Assembly: GCF_037042905.1 (NCBI RefSeq)
Contig: NC_087252.1
Span: 13,828,001-13,892,000 of the forward strand
DNA: 64,000 nucleotides
Origin: Lytechinus pictus
Lineage: Eukaryota
Direction: 5' to 3'
Position numbers and translations under genes: made by a program. The notes under the pieces were generated by a model. It made no database searches. It was not told the DNA's origin and saw only the letters and a program-made list of their open reading frames with translations. The number at the start of each line of letters is the position of its first letter. The first letter of the stretch is position 1. Positions 50,956-63,912 of the stretch are shown in pieces.

Positions 50956-52170
50956 ACCTGACTGGTTGGTCATCTAGGGTAAGCATAGCCGGAGAGTTGT
51001 CTGACCCATGGGTCACTGAGTTTTGGTGAGTTCACGGGCCGATTCTGTTTAGTCTGTATATCACTTCCACATCTAATATTATTAATAAACATGGTCTACA
51101 GTATATTTGTTATGTCGATGATATGCAACTGTATTGTTCCTTTGACCCGCGCTCTTTTGAAAATATCAATGAAACACTTGAGAAAACCTCTCTTTGTATT
51201 TCGGAAATAAGTACATGTATGTGGATGTCATCTAATCTCCAGCTGAATTATATCAAAACTGAATTCATAGCTCTCTGTTCTTCTGCCCGCCATCTGCAAT
51301 CAATATAACATATCCAGCTTTATAATGTTAATGGTCAATGCATCCCTATCTCCACTAACACTACTGTTCTTGGAGTATGCATTGATAACATGTTTACATT
51401 GTCTCCTCAAGTAAATCAGGTTGTCCGTAATTATCATCTCAGCAATTTGTGGAGAATTCGAAGATTCGTTGATCTTATATCACCATGCTGTGCAAGCACT
51501 TATTCTTTCTCTGTTAGATTACTGCAATATATAGTTTATATACTGTTTTGTCAGCTAGAGATAGCGGAAAACTCTAGGTTATTCAGAATCGTGTTGCTTG
51601 ATTATTTTTTGCTTTGGATCCCAAACTCATACTACACCCCTACTTAAGGAACTCCACTGGCTACCTCTATTCCAACATATTCAGTTTAAAGTCTGTTTAT
51701 ACCAAAGTCTAAATCAATAGGCACCTGAATACCATCAACACACCCTCTCGTAATCGTCGTTCAATCACTGACACATGCAGACTTTGCATTCCCTTGTCGA
51801 AACTCTCCTCTGCCAAAAAACGTTTTGCTGTAGCAGCTGCCAAGACCTGGAATACCATCCCTCTTCCAATAAGAAATACTCCCAATATTCTTGGCTTCAA
51901 ATCTTCACTTAAGACATACCTTTTTCCTCAATAATTAATTTTCCTTTTTATCTTGAATAATTGTGGTTAAGATTGCAAATGTTAAATTATTATTCATACA
52001 TTGTACGCGCTATGGTATTTTTTGTTTTTAGCGCCTCTAAATATCCATTATTATTATTTTAAAGAGAATGAAATGATGTTTTGAATGATATCAAATATGC
52101 ATTGTGTAAAATTGGAACTTGTGAGAAATTAATGGCCAAACTCAAACTTTTTTTGAGGGGTTGATATATG

Positions 52171-52916
52171 CTGTGCGTCATAAAAAAATGATATATAGCG
52201 ATGATTTATCATAACTTAACCACAAGTACAAAAGAAAAATTACCTACAATTGGTACATTCTCTTTTGGCTGGTATAACAAACAAGATATTCCATTCATTA
52301 GTGAGTAAAAACAATATGAAGAAACAAAATCAAAAAGTCATTTGGCGAGGGTATCAGAATCTCAGAAAGAAAATCACATGCCTATAAACCTCAATATCTG
52401 CTCCGTAATTTTATAGGTCAATTCTTCAAAACAATGCTTGTATTTTCATAATTTCATGAAACAAATGGTTTCATTGGTTTTCCACCAAAGCTATTATACG
52501 GTTAACAAAATACTTTATGCATGGCTAATCGTCAACAAAACGGAGTGTCAAGTAAGCGTGAAAGCTATCCTGTACAACTTCTTCATTTTTATGAAATTAT
52601 GAAATTCAAACCTCATTTCAAATAAACAGGACTTTGTTATTTCTTGACCTTTTTCTACAATTTAGGTGTCAAATTGTAGAGCTGAACTTTTTTTAAATGT
52701 GATTTTCTTTTTTGAAACTCAGATACCTTCCACGAACTGAGTACTTAGTATCTTCTCTTCAATTTCATGCGTGAATGAGGAATAACGTTATTTCAGATAA
52801 AAGAGGAAACTCGAAGCTGTATAATGATAGGTCATTTATAGGCCTATATATTATTCGGGGGTTAGGTTATAAATCATTAATGAATATCAGGTTCGGTTTT
52901 TTTGTGGGACGCATTG
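52171..52916. mobile_element. Degraded copy of the Tc1/mariner-like MITE seen at 20525
   Basis: Shared TAGCGATGATTTATCATAACTTA and terminal GGGACGCATTG|TA. Confidence 0.7.
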
Positions 52917-53191
52917 TATATATACAGTGGCCGCAAAACGGTTTTCAAAGGGAAGGGGGAGGGACTGACCATGCAAAAAATCACAGTCAAATGGTAATTT
53001 TTACGTTTTTGTACACGGTTTTGGAAAAAGTGAGGGGGCTCAAGCAAAATCGCCCCCCCCCCCTCCCCCGCTTCCGAGGCCCCTGATATATAAAATGCAA
53101 AAACATACCTTAGAAACAGCGTTGGCCCATTTTGAACGATGTGTTCTAAAACGTGTGTTTTAAAACACGATTTAAAACACCCGGGTTTTTT

Positions 53192-53948
53192 TTAACAAAA
53201 AGACTGGGGGGGCTGATTCAGCCCCCCTCGACATTTTTCGCGATAAATCCACCGTGCAAAATTTTTTGACCGCGTCGCTCGCTGACTTCTTACTTTCAAG
53301 TCTCGCGCAACTTTTGAGACCAAAATTGTGACCCCCGGGTACGCGGTTCCGAAATTACGCAACATTTCGTAAGTGCATGCAGACCCAAAATTACTCAAAA
53401 ACGTGAATTTGTGTACAAATCCAAAGCAAATAGTGTTTTTAGCCGAAATTCATACATGTATCATTATTTTTCCTTTTACTGCTTAAAATCAATTATTTTA
53501 TCTTTTTTATGGTCAAAATAAAGTCCCCAACAATTTCCATTGAAAAAACAATAAAAAAACAAAAAGTCGAAAAACAAAGAAATACATAAGAAATTAAGAA
53601 AACAATAGAATACATAAGAAAATAAATGTGATGTTGAATTTTTTTTTTTAATGAATTTGATTAGATGCCTATCTAGAGTATGTGAAACAAAAATTAGCAT
53701 TTTAGGGGCATTATTTTATTAATTAGAGCAAACTTATGATTTTACGCATAAATTAGCATAATTAATGAGCAATGAGATTTTTGCAGAATTTGATGTTATA
53801 GTTTTGCAGATAATGCCATGGGTAACGCGCGTGCCAATTCTCGTCGCGATCGAGCGGTCGACGGCCGAGATCAGAAGGGGGGCTGAATCAGCCCCCCCCC
53901 ACCCCAGTCTTCTTAGGCGTCGAAATAGCCCAGTCTATTTAGAATTAA
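53192..53948. mobile_element. MITE with TTAA-like flanks
   Basis: Inverted ends AGACTGGG / CCCAGTCT, subterminal palindrome GGGGCTGA(A/T)TCAGCCCC near both ends, TTAA outside each end. Confidence 0.55.
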
Positions 53949-55512
53949 AACACCGCATAGGCTTATGTGTTGTAAATTTGCATGGAAGTTATTTTAGAAG
54001 AATTTCTTTTTTCATACTTTTATTTCTGAGATGTTGTACTATTTCCTTCTAACTAATCAAATCTCTTTCTCAGCACCATCCCTTTTCTCATCTTTCTCTT
54101 CCCCCTTTATTTTCCCTTTCTCCATCTCTTTGTCACGTTCCTTTCTTCCCAGTTCAATTGTGCACATAAATCCAATAGAATATCCTCATTTCAGCAATCA
54201 TATCTGAGTGTTGTGCTCACTCTTTGGACAGGGAAAGAAACACTATTTTAAATGAGCTCAAATACATAGTAGTACTTGAATGAAATGGAAGTGGTGCACA
54301 AGCATAATAATATTTTACAAATAGTAAAACCGACAGCGCACTCTTGAGCTACACACGAAAGCAGGTGAAACTTTGCACTTTGTAAGGATGAAGAAAGGTA
54401 CTTTAAACAGTATATAAAGATAATCAGCTAGCAAACCTTAACTCTAACAATCTCAGGGGACCTCAATGCCCCCCCCCCCCCTCAAAATTTGTATGATAAA
54501 TCTATAAACATGACAGGGCCACGCCATGTCGTTCAAGACTATTTTGGGATGCATGCATGGGTATGCGGTTATGATATTACACAAGTGCATGTCAGACCCC
54601 GAATCGCTCAAAAACGTGCTTCTTGTATAAAGCCAATTGTAAATTCTCTCCAAAATCTGTATCATTATTTGTACTTTTTGTTGATTAGAATTATTACCAA
54701 TAATTTCCATTAAAAAAAAAGAAGTAAACTAAATTTTGTACTGATTTTTTTTCTTATATGCATTTGATCATAATATCTCAATTGAAAGAAAATAAGCAGT
54801 TCAAGGGCTTTATTTATAGATTTAAAAAAATTGGCATAATTGATTCAAATGAAATAAAGCATTTCTTGTTTTAATGAAATTAAGCTTTGAAATCCCATAG
54901 ATTGCAGTATGTCATTTTCTTCCATTGTGCAAATTCTTCTCGCCCCCTCCCACTAGATTAACAAGACTCAAAATACCCCGGGACTACATGCATATGTACA
55001 TGTATGAGGAATAAACTTATAAAATAGCAACTTTAGTGGGTTATTTAGGCATTCAATTTCCATGATTTAGTAATTCTTCGGGAAATATGACTTTTTCTGT
55101 GGAAATTCAGTGACAAAAATTTTAGTCATCTCTTAATTACTACAAAAATGTATTTAAAACATCAAGAGATTAAATCAGACTGCATAGTTTAATTGCATCA
55201 TTCATTGGGAAAAAGTCTAACAAGTGGAATGCCTCTGGCGGTCTCACCTGCATTACGCGATTCAATATAGCAGCAGTGCTGACTTTGAAAACTACTTTTA
55301 AATAATTATTCACAAACTACACCATTCATATATAATGATACAATACTACGTTCATTGACATTTGACCTTGATCATGTGACCTAAAACTCGCACAAGATGT
55401 TCAGTGATACTTGCTTATACTCTTATGTCCAAGTTTGATGACTCAGATCCATAAACTTTCAAAGTTATGATGGTAATTCAACAGATACTCCCCACATGGC
55501 CAAAGTTCATAA

Positions 55513-57327
55513 GCTCGGTGTAAAAATGGCAGAGGTAAAAATGGCAAAGGTAAAAATGGCAGAGGTAAAAATGGCAAAGGTGAAAATGGCAAAGGTAAAA
55601 ATGGCAGAGGTAAAAATGGCAAAGGTAAAAATGGCAGAGGTAAAAATGGCAAAGGTAAAAATGGCAGAGGTAAAAAATGACAAAGGTAAAAATGGCACAG
55701 GAAAAAATGGCACAGGTAATAATGGCAAAGGTAAAAATGATAGAGGTATAAATGGTCAGTTTTAAACCCCCATGCCAAAAAACCCAAAAGCCCCTCCATG
55801 TACAGTAGATTAAATATGAAAGGTTCTGAGAAGAAATTTGGAATTATAATGTTTGACTAAAGGAAAGGGTAACATTTTCAAATGATGCTGTAGATCTTCT
55901 GCAACAAATTGATAACACTTGAGTTGGTATTTCTTATTTTTTCCTGGACTTACATGCACGGTCTTCTCATGTCAAATCGCTCTTCTAATATTCAAATTTG
56001 AAGCACACTTTCATTCATTACAGGGGAAATTCACACTGACATAAAGATTATTGTAGAAATAGCAGAAAATAATTAAAATGATACTGGTGGGGGTTTTAGG
56101 GAATCCATCAAAGATTTAAAAAGCTGTTAGAATTTTACATTTTAACGGTGACGTCATTTGCGAGCAGTTTTTCCCGCATATGGTGTAATAAAAATATCAA
56201 TGAAATGTCAATTTCAAAAAAAAAATGAAAATGGCTTTTATTGTAACATACAAATCATTTCACATCCGCACCTGAAATATTTTTTAGCAATCATGAACCA
56301 CTGATCAAAATATTGAAAAGTATACATTTTGGTGCATTAACTACGGGGCAGTTGCTAGTATATGACGTCACAGATCATAAAAACTCAAACTTCTAATAAC
56401 TATCTTAATCTTTGATGGGCTTGCCGCAAACTTTCACCAATATATTTTTCTGCTAATTTTACAGTAAACCATTTGTCAGGGTGAATTTCCCCTTCAAAAC
56501 AGGTCGATAGAATGGTACCTAAGAAACACCTAAAAATTCAAATCCCTAAATTCGCTACACATTTCAAAATTAATGCGGTAACCGTTACCATAGAAACTAG
56601 GTTAGAAACCTGACATCCACTTGGACAAGGTGCAATGAGGTATTGCTCTGAAAAACTGAACACTAGTTGCTATCATTATATCATTTACATTAAACTATAT
56701 ACGTATCATATCAATATCTATTCTGATCCATTATGATGTTGAAATATGGAAAATTGCTTTTATTACAGAACGTTTTGTTATTTTTCTGTTATCCAAGTTA
56801 TGCCAGTGGTTCAAATAAATCCCGAACTTGTCTATTTCAGTGTGTTAATTGTAGCGCACATTGGTCTTTACATTAAAATTTGTTGGTTATGTATGGGATG
56901 AAGTGCTGTTCTACTATACGAACTGGCCAATCAATCACTAATTGAAATTATTTTGGCATGAAATAGTTTGAGTTTGATCATATCAACGATAAAGTATAGA
57001 CCTAAAATGATGACAGAAAATCCATATAATATCTAATCAGTTCATAATACTCCTTTCGTCGAGAGGAGTCCATTCAAGTTCAATAACTATGATTGATATT
57101 AACCGAAAAGGTTCCGTTTTTTTCCTTGTTGATGTAGCATATCATGATCTTTACCTCTGCCATTTTTACCTCTGCCATATTTACCTCTGCCATTTTTACC
57201 TCTGCCATTTTTACCTCTGCCATTTTTACCTCTGCCATTTTTACCTCTGCCATTTTTACCTCTGCCATTATTACCTCTGCCATTTTTACCTCTGCCATTA
57301 TTACCTCTGCCATTTTTACCCGGCACC
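55513..57327 (-). mobile_element. Mutator-like element with 15-bp repeats, copy 2, inverted relative to copy 1
   Basis: GCTCGGTGTAAAAATGGC ... GCCATTTTTACCCGGCACC; AGTTCATA duplicated on both flanks; interior is the reverse complement of 35596-37251 with scattered changes. Confidence 0.78.
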
Positions 57328-57661
57328 AGTTCATAGACTTTTGACGTTGGTCATGTGACCTGAAATTTGCACAGGATGTTCAGTGATACTTGATTACTCT
57401 ATGTCCAAGTTTTATGAACTAGACCAATAAACTTTCAAAGTTATGATGGTAATTCAACGAATACCCCCCCAAAACTTGGCCAAAGTTCATTGACCTTACA
57501 TGACCTTTGACCTTGGTCATGTGACTCAAAACTCAGACAGGATGTTCAGTAATACTTGATTAACATTATGGCCAAGTTTCATGAAGTAGGTCCATATACT
57601 TTCTAAGTTATGCTGTCATTTCAAAAACTTAACCTTCGGTTAGGATTTGGTGTTGACGCCG

Positions 57662-58393
57662 AAAGATAATGATAAATACGACCATTGATACAAAAACAAG
57701 AGAATTTCAGTTCAAAGTCCTAAACAACATTTTGTTTTTTTAACTATAGGTTGCATAAAATGAAAATAAAAGATTCACCAGAATGCTCTAAATGGGTTGT
57801 AAAGACTATGAAACCTTCAAACATGCACTATGGCATTGTAACTATGTAAACATATTTTGGGACGAATTTAAAGCTTATTTACCGATGTTGGATTTTTCAA
57901 CATTGGACGAACAGACCATAATTGTTGGATGTTTACATAAACAACAAGATGCTAAAATAAAGAATCATGTCTGACTTATAGCAAAGAGGTGTATTTACAC
58001 AAGCATAAATGGTAACAATAAGCCAAGCATTGACTAATTTAAAAGAATGTTGTTTTCTTCGTACACAGAAGAAATGTACATCGCAAAAAGGAAGGGAAAG
58101 TTGTTTCTCCATCAAAGAAAGTGGAAATGTATTATGCCACTATTTACTTCCAATTATTGCTAAAAAAGATGTTGATTTTTTTTTGTAGGTCTATACCTCT
58201 TTTTTCTATACTTCTTTTTTCTATACTTACCTTGTATATTACGTAAGCAATAAGTGTATGTAACGAACCTGTACTTACATTGTTATATGCATTACTATGT
58301 GTAAACACAAAAAGTATGAATGTATCCTTATTGATCTATATCATATGTTTTATTGGAAAGTATCAATAAAATACTATTGAAATATAAGAAAAA
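57662..58393 (+). mobile_element. Short 3' fragment of an L1/Tx1 LINE with a 31-bp TSD
   Basis: TIDTKTREFQFKVLNNIL..CKDYETFKHALWHC knuckle region, AATAAA and A tail; AACCTTCGGTTA(G/A)GATTTGGTGTTGACGCCG at 57631-57661 and 58394-58424. Confidence 0.8.
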
Positions 58394-58698
58394 AACCTTC
58401 GGTTAAGATTTGGTGTTGACGCCGCCGCCGCCGTCGAAAAAGCGGCGCCTATAGTCTCACTCTGCTTCGCACGTGAGACAAAAAGGATTTTTTTTTTTAA
58501 TAAAAAAGTTTTGTCACAATCCTGCTTGGAAGCTTCACTACCCTTGGGTTCACGCGTAGATGCGATCGTCAGGCGGTTTGATGTCTATCCTTCCATTTTG
58601 TCAGTGCCAATCATGTTGTCCTTTGCCAGGTATGTTTAATATACCCCCTCCCATCCTCAGTGGTACAGAAAATTGTGTATTGACTTCTCTTCTTATAG

Positions 58699-58977
58699 AT
58701 CTTGAAGTGCCCAAATATCTTCAGCAAGAGATTAGCCCTGATGAGATCCAGAAGTGTGTCTACAGACTCGCAGAAAGGCATGTTAGGAGGTTGGCTACGG
58801 CTGTTAAGATAAAGGATGCAAATCAAATCTCCACCATTATCGATGAAAATAAGGATGCGCTGTTGGTCGTTAAACAGATGATTAATGATTGGTTGATTGG
58901 ACAACAATGCGGCAACTATGAGAAGAGATGCAAACTAGATGATGCCATCATTGAGATTGGTCGCCATGATTTGACAG
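58699..58977 (+). CDS. Receptor exon 8: death-domain-like module 3, the most canonical
   Basis: CTTCTTATAG| acceptor, CAG|GTATCG donor, 279 nt, phase 1-1; LAERHVRRLATAVKI..IIDEN..VKQMINDWL..KLDDAIIEIGRHDL. Confidence 0.88.
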
Positions 58978-59039
58978 GTATCGTATTCACATCAATATTT
59001 ATGTAATAAAACTTTTTTAAACCAGTGGGCTATTTTATT

Positions 59040-59299
59040 TCGTAGATCTGTTGTTTCTGTTGATGGTAACTCCAGTGTGAACTCGGCAGGACAGCGTTTT
59101 GCTGGTAAACGCCAAGCCGGTATATAAACCAATTATCTAGGAAAACTTTTACGTCTTGGTTAATCAGACATAATGGCTGACATTACAGACGACAGATATT
59201 ACTCTTGGGTCTTTCTGTCAAAGTGGAGACAATGGCAGAGTGGGGATTCGAACTCACAACCTTGCGATTATGAGTCTAATGCTCTAACCACTGGACCAC
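59040..59299 (-). mobile_element. tRNA-derived SINE
   Basis: Reverse strand reads GTGGTCCAGTGGTTAGAGC..GAGTTCGAATCCC (A and B boxes, 59234-59299) and continues into a non-tRNA body; left limit approximate. Confidence 0.65.
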
Positions 59300-59556
59300 C
59301 CTGTTTGTGGGATACACATAGCTTTACACACGACTGTGGATCATATCTTTTATAATACAATATACATGGCAGTTTTCTTTTTAATTTCATTGAAATCTTT
59401 GCCGCATGGAAATCGATTTGGTTGGTCTGTTTTGATCCACTGAATTATTGTATGATTTTGTCGCCGTTATTGCAATGTAAAAACCTTTCGAAAGCGATAT
59501 GCAAGAATTGCTGGGATATAATTTTCTGAGATATACTTTTTTTTCGTCTCTACCAG

Positions 59557-59634
59557 ATTCATTTGGGACAACGAGCTGCAGAGCCCAATCAGGAGATGAT
59601 CATAAGAGAGAACATTCTCATGCAAATTATTTTG
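59557..59634 (+). CDS. Receptor exon 9: hydrophilic linker DSFGTTSCRAQSGDDHKREHSHANYF
   Basis: Poly-pyrimidine CCAG| acceptor, G|GTAAGT donor, 78 nt, open, phase 1-1. Confidence 0.72.
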
Positions 59635-59784
59635 GTAAGTGTAATTCCATGACAGTATTGATTTGCATAGGGTGACTGATTTTCCCCCTAATTAAAGAAT
59701 CATTTGCAAAATAAAAGATCTATGCTTTCCAGAATTGCTATTCCTCTATTCCATTCCATCATTTTCTTCTTATGTAATCCACAG

Positions 59785-60012
59785 ATTGCAACAGTATCTT
59801 TGATGACGATATTGAATCTTTACTGAGGTATCTTCCAACAGGTGCGATACCAATGTTTCTCGAGAAGCTGGGGATTTTACAAGGAGACGACGATGTCGGA
59901 GAAAAACTGCGATGCTGGAGAGATCAAAGGATGGGGAAACCCAAACGATGTTCCCTACAAGAAATAACTGCAATCCTTATAGATACCCTGCTGGAGACAA
60001 ATACCAATTACG
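59785..60012 (+). CDS. Receptor exon 10: compact death-domain-like module 4
   Basis: CACAG| acceptor in frame with ORF 59853; SIFDDDIESLLRYL..FLEKLGI..GEKLRCWR. The donor G|GTATTA is weak; read-through stops at 60033-60035. Confidence 0.68.
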
Positions 60013-60574
60013 GTATTATATCAGAACTGATGTAAAACCTGACGGAATCGAGTCTTAACTGAGAGTTCAAATTATTTTCAAGAAATAATTTAGGAAATTA
60101 ATCATGCGTAGTAGATATTGCTTCATGCCATGTTTGGGGTAATATTCTATAGTCACCTATTAGAATCCGATCTCGGAAATGCAAAGGAGAATAGTTTTCC
60201 CATTTCCAAAGAGAATTACACTGGGTTTCGTCAAAATTTGATATTCTTTGTGGCTTTAATTCTTATAAAATCTTGACGTAAAGCGTGATATATTAATTAA
60301 TATCCTACATTTTAATTCATTTTTTATCCAAAATGTACTTCTTTCGCTTTTAGCCGAATATTTAATTGTCAATGCTATTTTATCGCAATTCTCTTGCTAA
60401 CATACACAACATGAAATGCGTAAGAGTACTGTTATCAGATCATTTATTATTATCATTACTATTATTATTCCGGATGATAAAAAGATAATTTATTATCTGA
60501 TTACATGTATATATTTTACCATATGTTTCAAGAGTTGTGTATAAAATATTTTGATTTTTCAAATTGTTTCAAAG

Positions 60575-60775
60575 TATTGTCCTTGAACGATGATGATCTG
60601 GAAAACATAGTTGCAAGCATGACCTCTCCAAAGCAGATGGAAGTACTCGCCTCAAAGCTGAAGATAAAATCAGAGGGGCCACCACTACAAACCCTCAAAA
60701 ACTGGATGGATGGGTCTAAGAAGTACAATCGTCGTGACATTTTGTGGAAAGTGCTCACTTCGAGTGAATTATCAG
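60575..60775 (+). CDS. Receptor exon 11: compact death-domain-like module 5
   Basis: SLNDDDLENIVASM..MEVLASKLKI..LQTLKNWM..ILWKVL; donor CAG|GTTTGT. The acceptor is AAG and an in-frame alternative start exists at 60533. Confidence 0.7.
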
Positions 60776-61074
60776 GTTTGTTAACCAAAATATAGATACA
60801 ATGTTGCAAGGAAAGCCATTATTGATCACGAAATTATTACTTGGCATTAAGTATTTGCTATTAGAAATGAATTACTACGACAATCATTAGAGATGCAGAC
60901 TCAAGCGATCTCCTCGTAGGAATGCTTTACACTTTTTTTTATTTCCTCGCTCCCTTACTTTTTAAAGCTTGGATGAAGTATGAATTATATTGGCTATTAG
61001 ATTACAAGCACCAAGGCTGCATACTGGGCGGGGGGGGGGGGGGCAAGAAATTGATATCTTTTAAATTTTTCCAG

Positions 61075-61248
61075 TTGGGTGTTTCATAAAGCTGTTCGTT
61101 AATTAAGCTACGAACGACTTTTCGCACGACTGGAACATGTTCTTAGGTCATAACTCAATTACATAGGGATATCACATAGCACAATAAAGGATCACCAGTC
61201 GTGCGTAAAGTCATTCGTTTCTTACGAACAGCTTTATGAAACACCCAC
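61075..61248. mobile_element. About 174 bp MITE with CAG TSD (PIF/Harbinger-like)
   Basis: CAG|TTGGGTGTTTCATAAAGCTGTTCGT ... ACGAACAGCTTTATGAAACACCCAC|CAG. Confidence 0.8.
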
Positions 61249-61620
61249 CAGGTCTCCAATTTTTACCTGCATATACAATGAACAATGAACATGGATATTA
61301 GGTGTAAGGGAAAATTAAGAAAAAAGTGTTTGAGATGGTTTAACCAGAGCAATCATTGCAATCTTGAGTATTAACTTGGTATTTTTTAATGGAGTTACAT
61401 GTTTAACCATTTTCAATTCAAATTGTTTTGTAACTGCTTAATACTATATATTAGTTGACTAATATTTTACAAAGTTGTATTACAGTGCCTTTAGGATGTA
61501 TAGAATTCAAAAGGGATTGATTAAATAAAATTAAAACCTCACTTAATTTTAAAAACCTTATTATTTTTCACGTATTTCAAAGACGTTTTTCATGAATTGC
61601 CTTTCGTTTTCTTTTTCTAG

Positions 61621-61890
61621 GATGCATCGTTCAACAACTTCCTTCAGAATACGTTTACCAACCTGAGATGTTACAATTAGCTTGGAGCATGTTTTTAACT
61701 GACGTTCTGCCACTAGCGAACTTACTCAACATGAATATCAACAGACGGGATTCCCAGTTGAAAGGAACTGCTAAATTGTTTCTGCAACTGTTAAAGAAAT
61801 CGCATAATTTTGACTCAGTTCGTCGTCGTGACTTCTCTATTGCCATTAGAAACCTAGGCTGTCTGGATATTGCACGATCTGCATATTTTG
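61621..61890 (+). CDS. Receptor exon 12: death-domain-like module 6
   Basis: Long pyrimidine tract with CTAG| acceptor, G|GTAAGG donor, 270 nt, phase 1-1; EMLQLAWSM..VLPLANLLNM..FSIAIRNLGCLDIA. Confidence 0.82.
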
Positions 61891-62630
61891 GTAAGGAATA
61901 TTGAAAGTGTATAAACCTCTATTTTCGATATTTAAAGAAGAAAAAAAAATCAGAAAATAAGTAATACTGTTCTCCAAAGTAACGGTGTACAGACGCATAT
62001 TAATGGAAAATGTGACATTTACGGGGTCGCGTTTGGTATACACATAATGAATGTTTATGAGTGCAATGGACAGAATATTTCATGAGGTGAAAGATGAAAT
62101 GATCCATTCAACGAGGCAGGCGTAACCGAGTTGAATGCATCATTCATTTCATCTTTCACCGAATGAAGTCTTCTGTCTATTGCCCGAATGAAAAGAACAT
62201 TAATTACTTGGTTTACATGACACCTAAAATAGATTCCTTTTCATGTGAAATTTATTAATTTCGATGCAAAATGTGCAAAATATGCTTATGCAGTACGAGC
62301 TCGGTCTGTTGATTATCGCGTACATACAACATGCGTCGGTGCGCGCGTGCAATGGACAAAATCGTATGGATCCAAAATTGCACGATGAATGAATCCAAAA
62401 CTGCACGGTTGATGACGTCGTTGTAAAATGGGCTGAATAATCGATATCGAACAACCAATCAAATGACAAGGATCTATCTAGGATAACAGAGATTATATAA
62501 CTCAAACGAAGATTCTTGCCATCTGATTGGTTGAAAGGTGTTCAATATTTGGTCCATTCTTTACTGCATGCATTTTTTAATTTTCCATTGCACGGTGACC
62601 GTGCATTTTTTACACTATCCACTGGTCGTG

Positions 62631-62870
62631 CACAGCAAAAACTGTGGTGTTAACCGATGTGCATAGAGGACCACAACAGTTATTTTACACCGGTGTTAAA
62701 TTGGTGGTATTAGTTTTACACCTATAGGTGTTATTACAACACCTATGGTTGTTACATTTACACTCTTTGGTGTTATGTTCAATATCTAGGGTGTTATTTT
62801 ACACATCTCAGGGTGTGGTCCTCTATTAACACCAATTGGTGTCAGTTTTAACACCACAGTTTTTACAGTG
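62631..62870. mobile_element. EnSpm/CACTA-like MITE
   Basis: TG|CACAGCAAAAACTGTGGTGTTAA ... TTAACACCACAGTTTTTACAGTG|TG: CAC..GTG ends, 2-bp TSD, internal ACACC..GGTGT repeats. Confidence 0.7.
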
Positions 62871-63126
62871 TGTGATCCCAAATATACTCGAGGAGAAATT
62901 TAAAAGTACTCGGGAACGAAAGGCGACCTTAAGCGATTGCACAATTATTGGCAAAGCTTCTGCATAATCTGCGCCCTTCTGTTGCATAAAGTTCGAATGT
63001 TTGATCTTTTTTCAACATTCGTGTCCTTGAAAATCTTCGCAAAATGTTCGCAAACATAATGAAAACTGCGCGTCCTGCTTAAAGTAATTTTTTTTTTAAT
63101 AGTTTGATGCATATGATTATACACAG

Positions 63127-63387
63127 GTTATGACACAAGCCTTAGTGAACTGTGCAACATAGTATCAGGGCTGTTGGAAGACGAAATTGTGAAGTTGATG
63201 GACAATCTGGAATTAGATAGAGATGCTCTCTCAGTCTGTAAAGGATCAACAGGAGAATACGACATCGTCAGACTCATGGAGATCTGGAAAAGACAACATA
63301 GTTCAGAACCATTCCACTACAGATTAAAAATAGCATTTGGTCTGCGTGCTGCTGGAAAAACCGAGATTGCCAGAAAGATTATTGCAG
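63127..63387 (+). CDS. Receptor exon 13: death-domain-like module 7
   Basis: CACAG| acceptor, CAG|GTACGC donor, 261 nt, phase 1-1; ELCNIVSGL..IVKLMDNLEL..IVRLMEIWK..IAFGLRAAGKTEIA. Confidence 0.85.
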
Positions 63388-63912
63388 GTACGCATTACTA
63401 CTATACACTATGATAAAAAAAAAATCTTTTTATTGATTTGCTACATTGAAGAACTGCTTCTACTATTTCTGTTATGTTATATGTTTTAAAAGCGATCGAT
63501 TGGGCAAAGGTAATTTGGTTCTTAGTTCCAGTTTAAGAACCGTGTTGAATCCAAGGGTCTTGCTATATATTGATAAAAAAATTATCAGTGTCTTAGAAAA
63601 TAAAGAAAATCACCACAATGTGACCAATATCACCCTCAGTACCCAGCATACACACTCTTTGCGGCCACCATTTAAGTAGGCATATTCCTTTTCTACCTCA
63701 TAATGCCATTATATTTTTCATATCTTAATGTTATACTAAACATGCAAAAAGATAACGTCCATATTATAGAACCTATATCACTAAGTGTGGATTACTCAGA
63801 TTCATTTCATTCCAACCATAAAAAAGGTTAAGCAGAGTGTCACATTGATTGCATGTGTCTTGATATATATATTCCTTTTCCCGTGTCTTTCGTTTTGTGT
63901 GGACGGGGATAG

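Larger units (their letters stand above)
46700..52040 (+). mobile_element. Degraded L2/CR1-group LINE split by an Academ-like element
   Basis: [34 protein letters not shown] at 46713-46913; resumes after 50955 (YVDDMQLY, LKELHWLP, FAVAAAKTWNTIP); (TTA)n tail near 52040. Confidence 0.8.
55219..58484 (-). mobile_element. Second HINE copy (family of 21063-22009) carrying two nested insertions
   Basis: AACAAGTGGAATGCCTCTGGCGGTCTCACCTGCA at the left and GCGGCGCCTATAGTCTCACTCTGC..GTGAGACAAAAA at the right are reverse complements of the first copy's ends. Confidence 0.8.

Noticed and set aside
36999..57358. Repetitive ORFs (MAEVK)n, (AIFTS)n, (KNGRG)n, (PLPFL)n as proteins
   Set aside because: They are translations of a stop-free 15-bp tandem repeat at transposon ends, open in several frames on both strands.
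58560..58698. ATG at 58560 as the start of a standalone death-domain gene
   Set aside because: A strong phase-1 acceptor at 58698 and a donor at 58978 explain the ORF as an internal exon with intronic read-through.
16838..58977. UNC5 or TNF-receptor orthologue
   Set aside because: No TSP1, ZU5/UPA or cysteine-rich TNFR repeats were found, and there are many modules rather than one DD; no gene symbol assigned.
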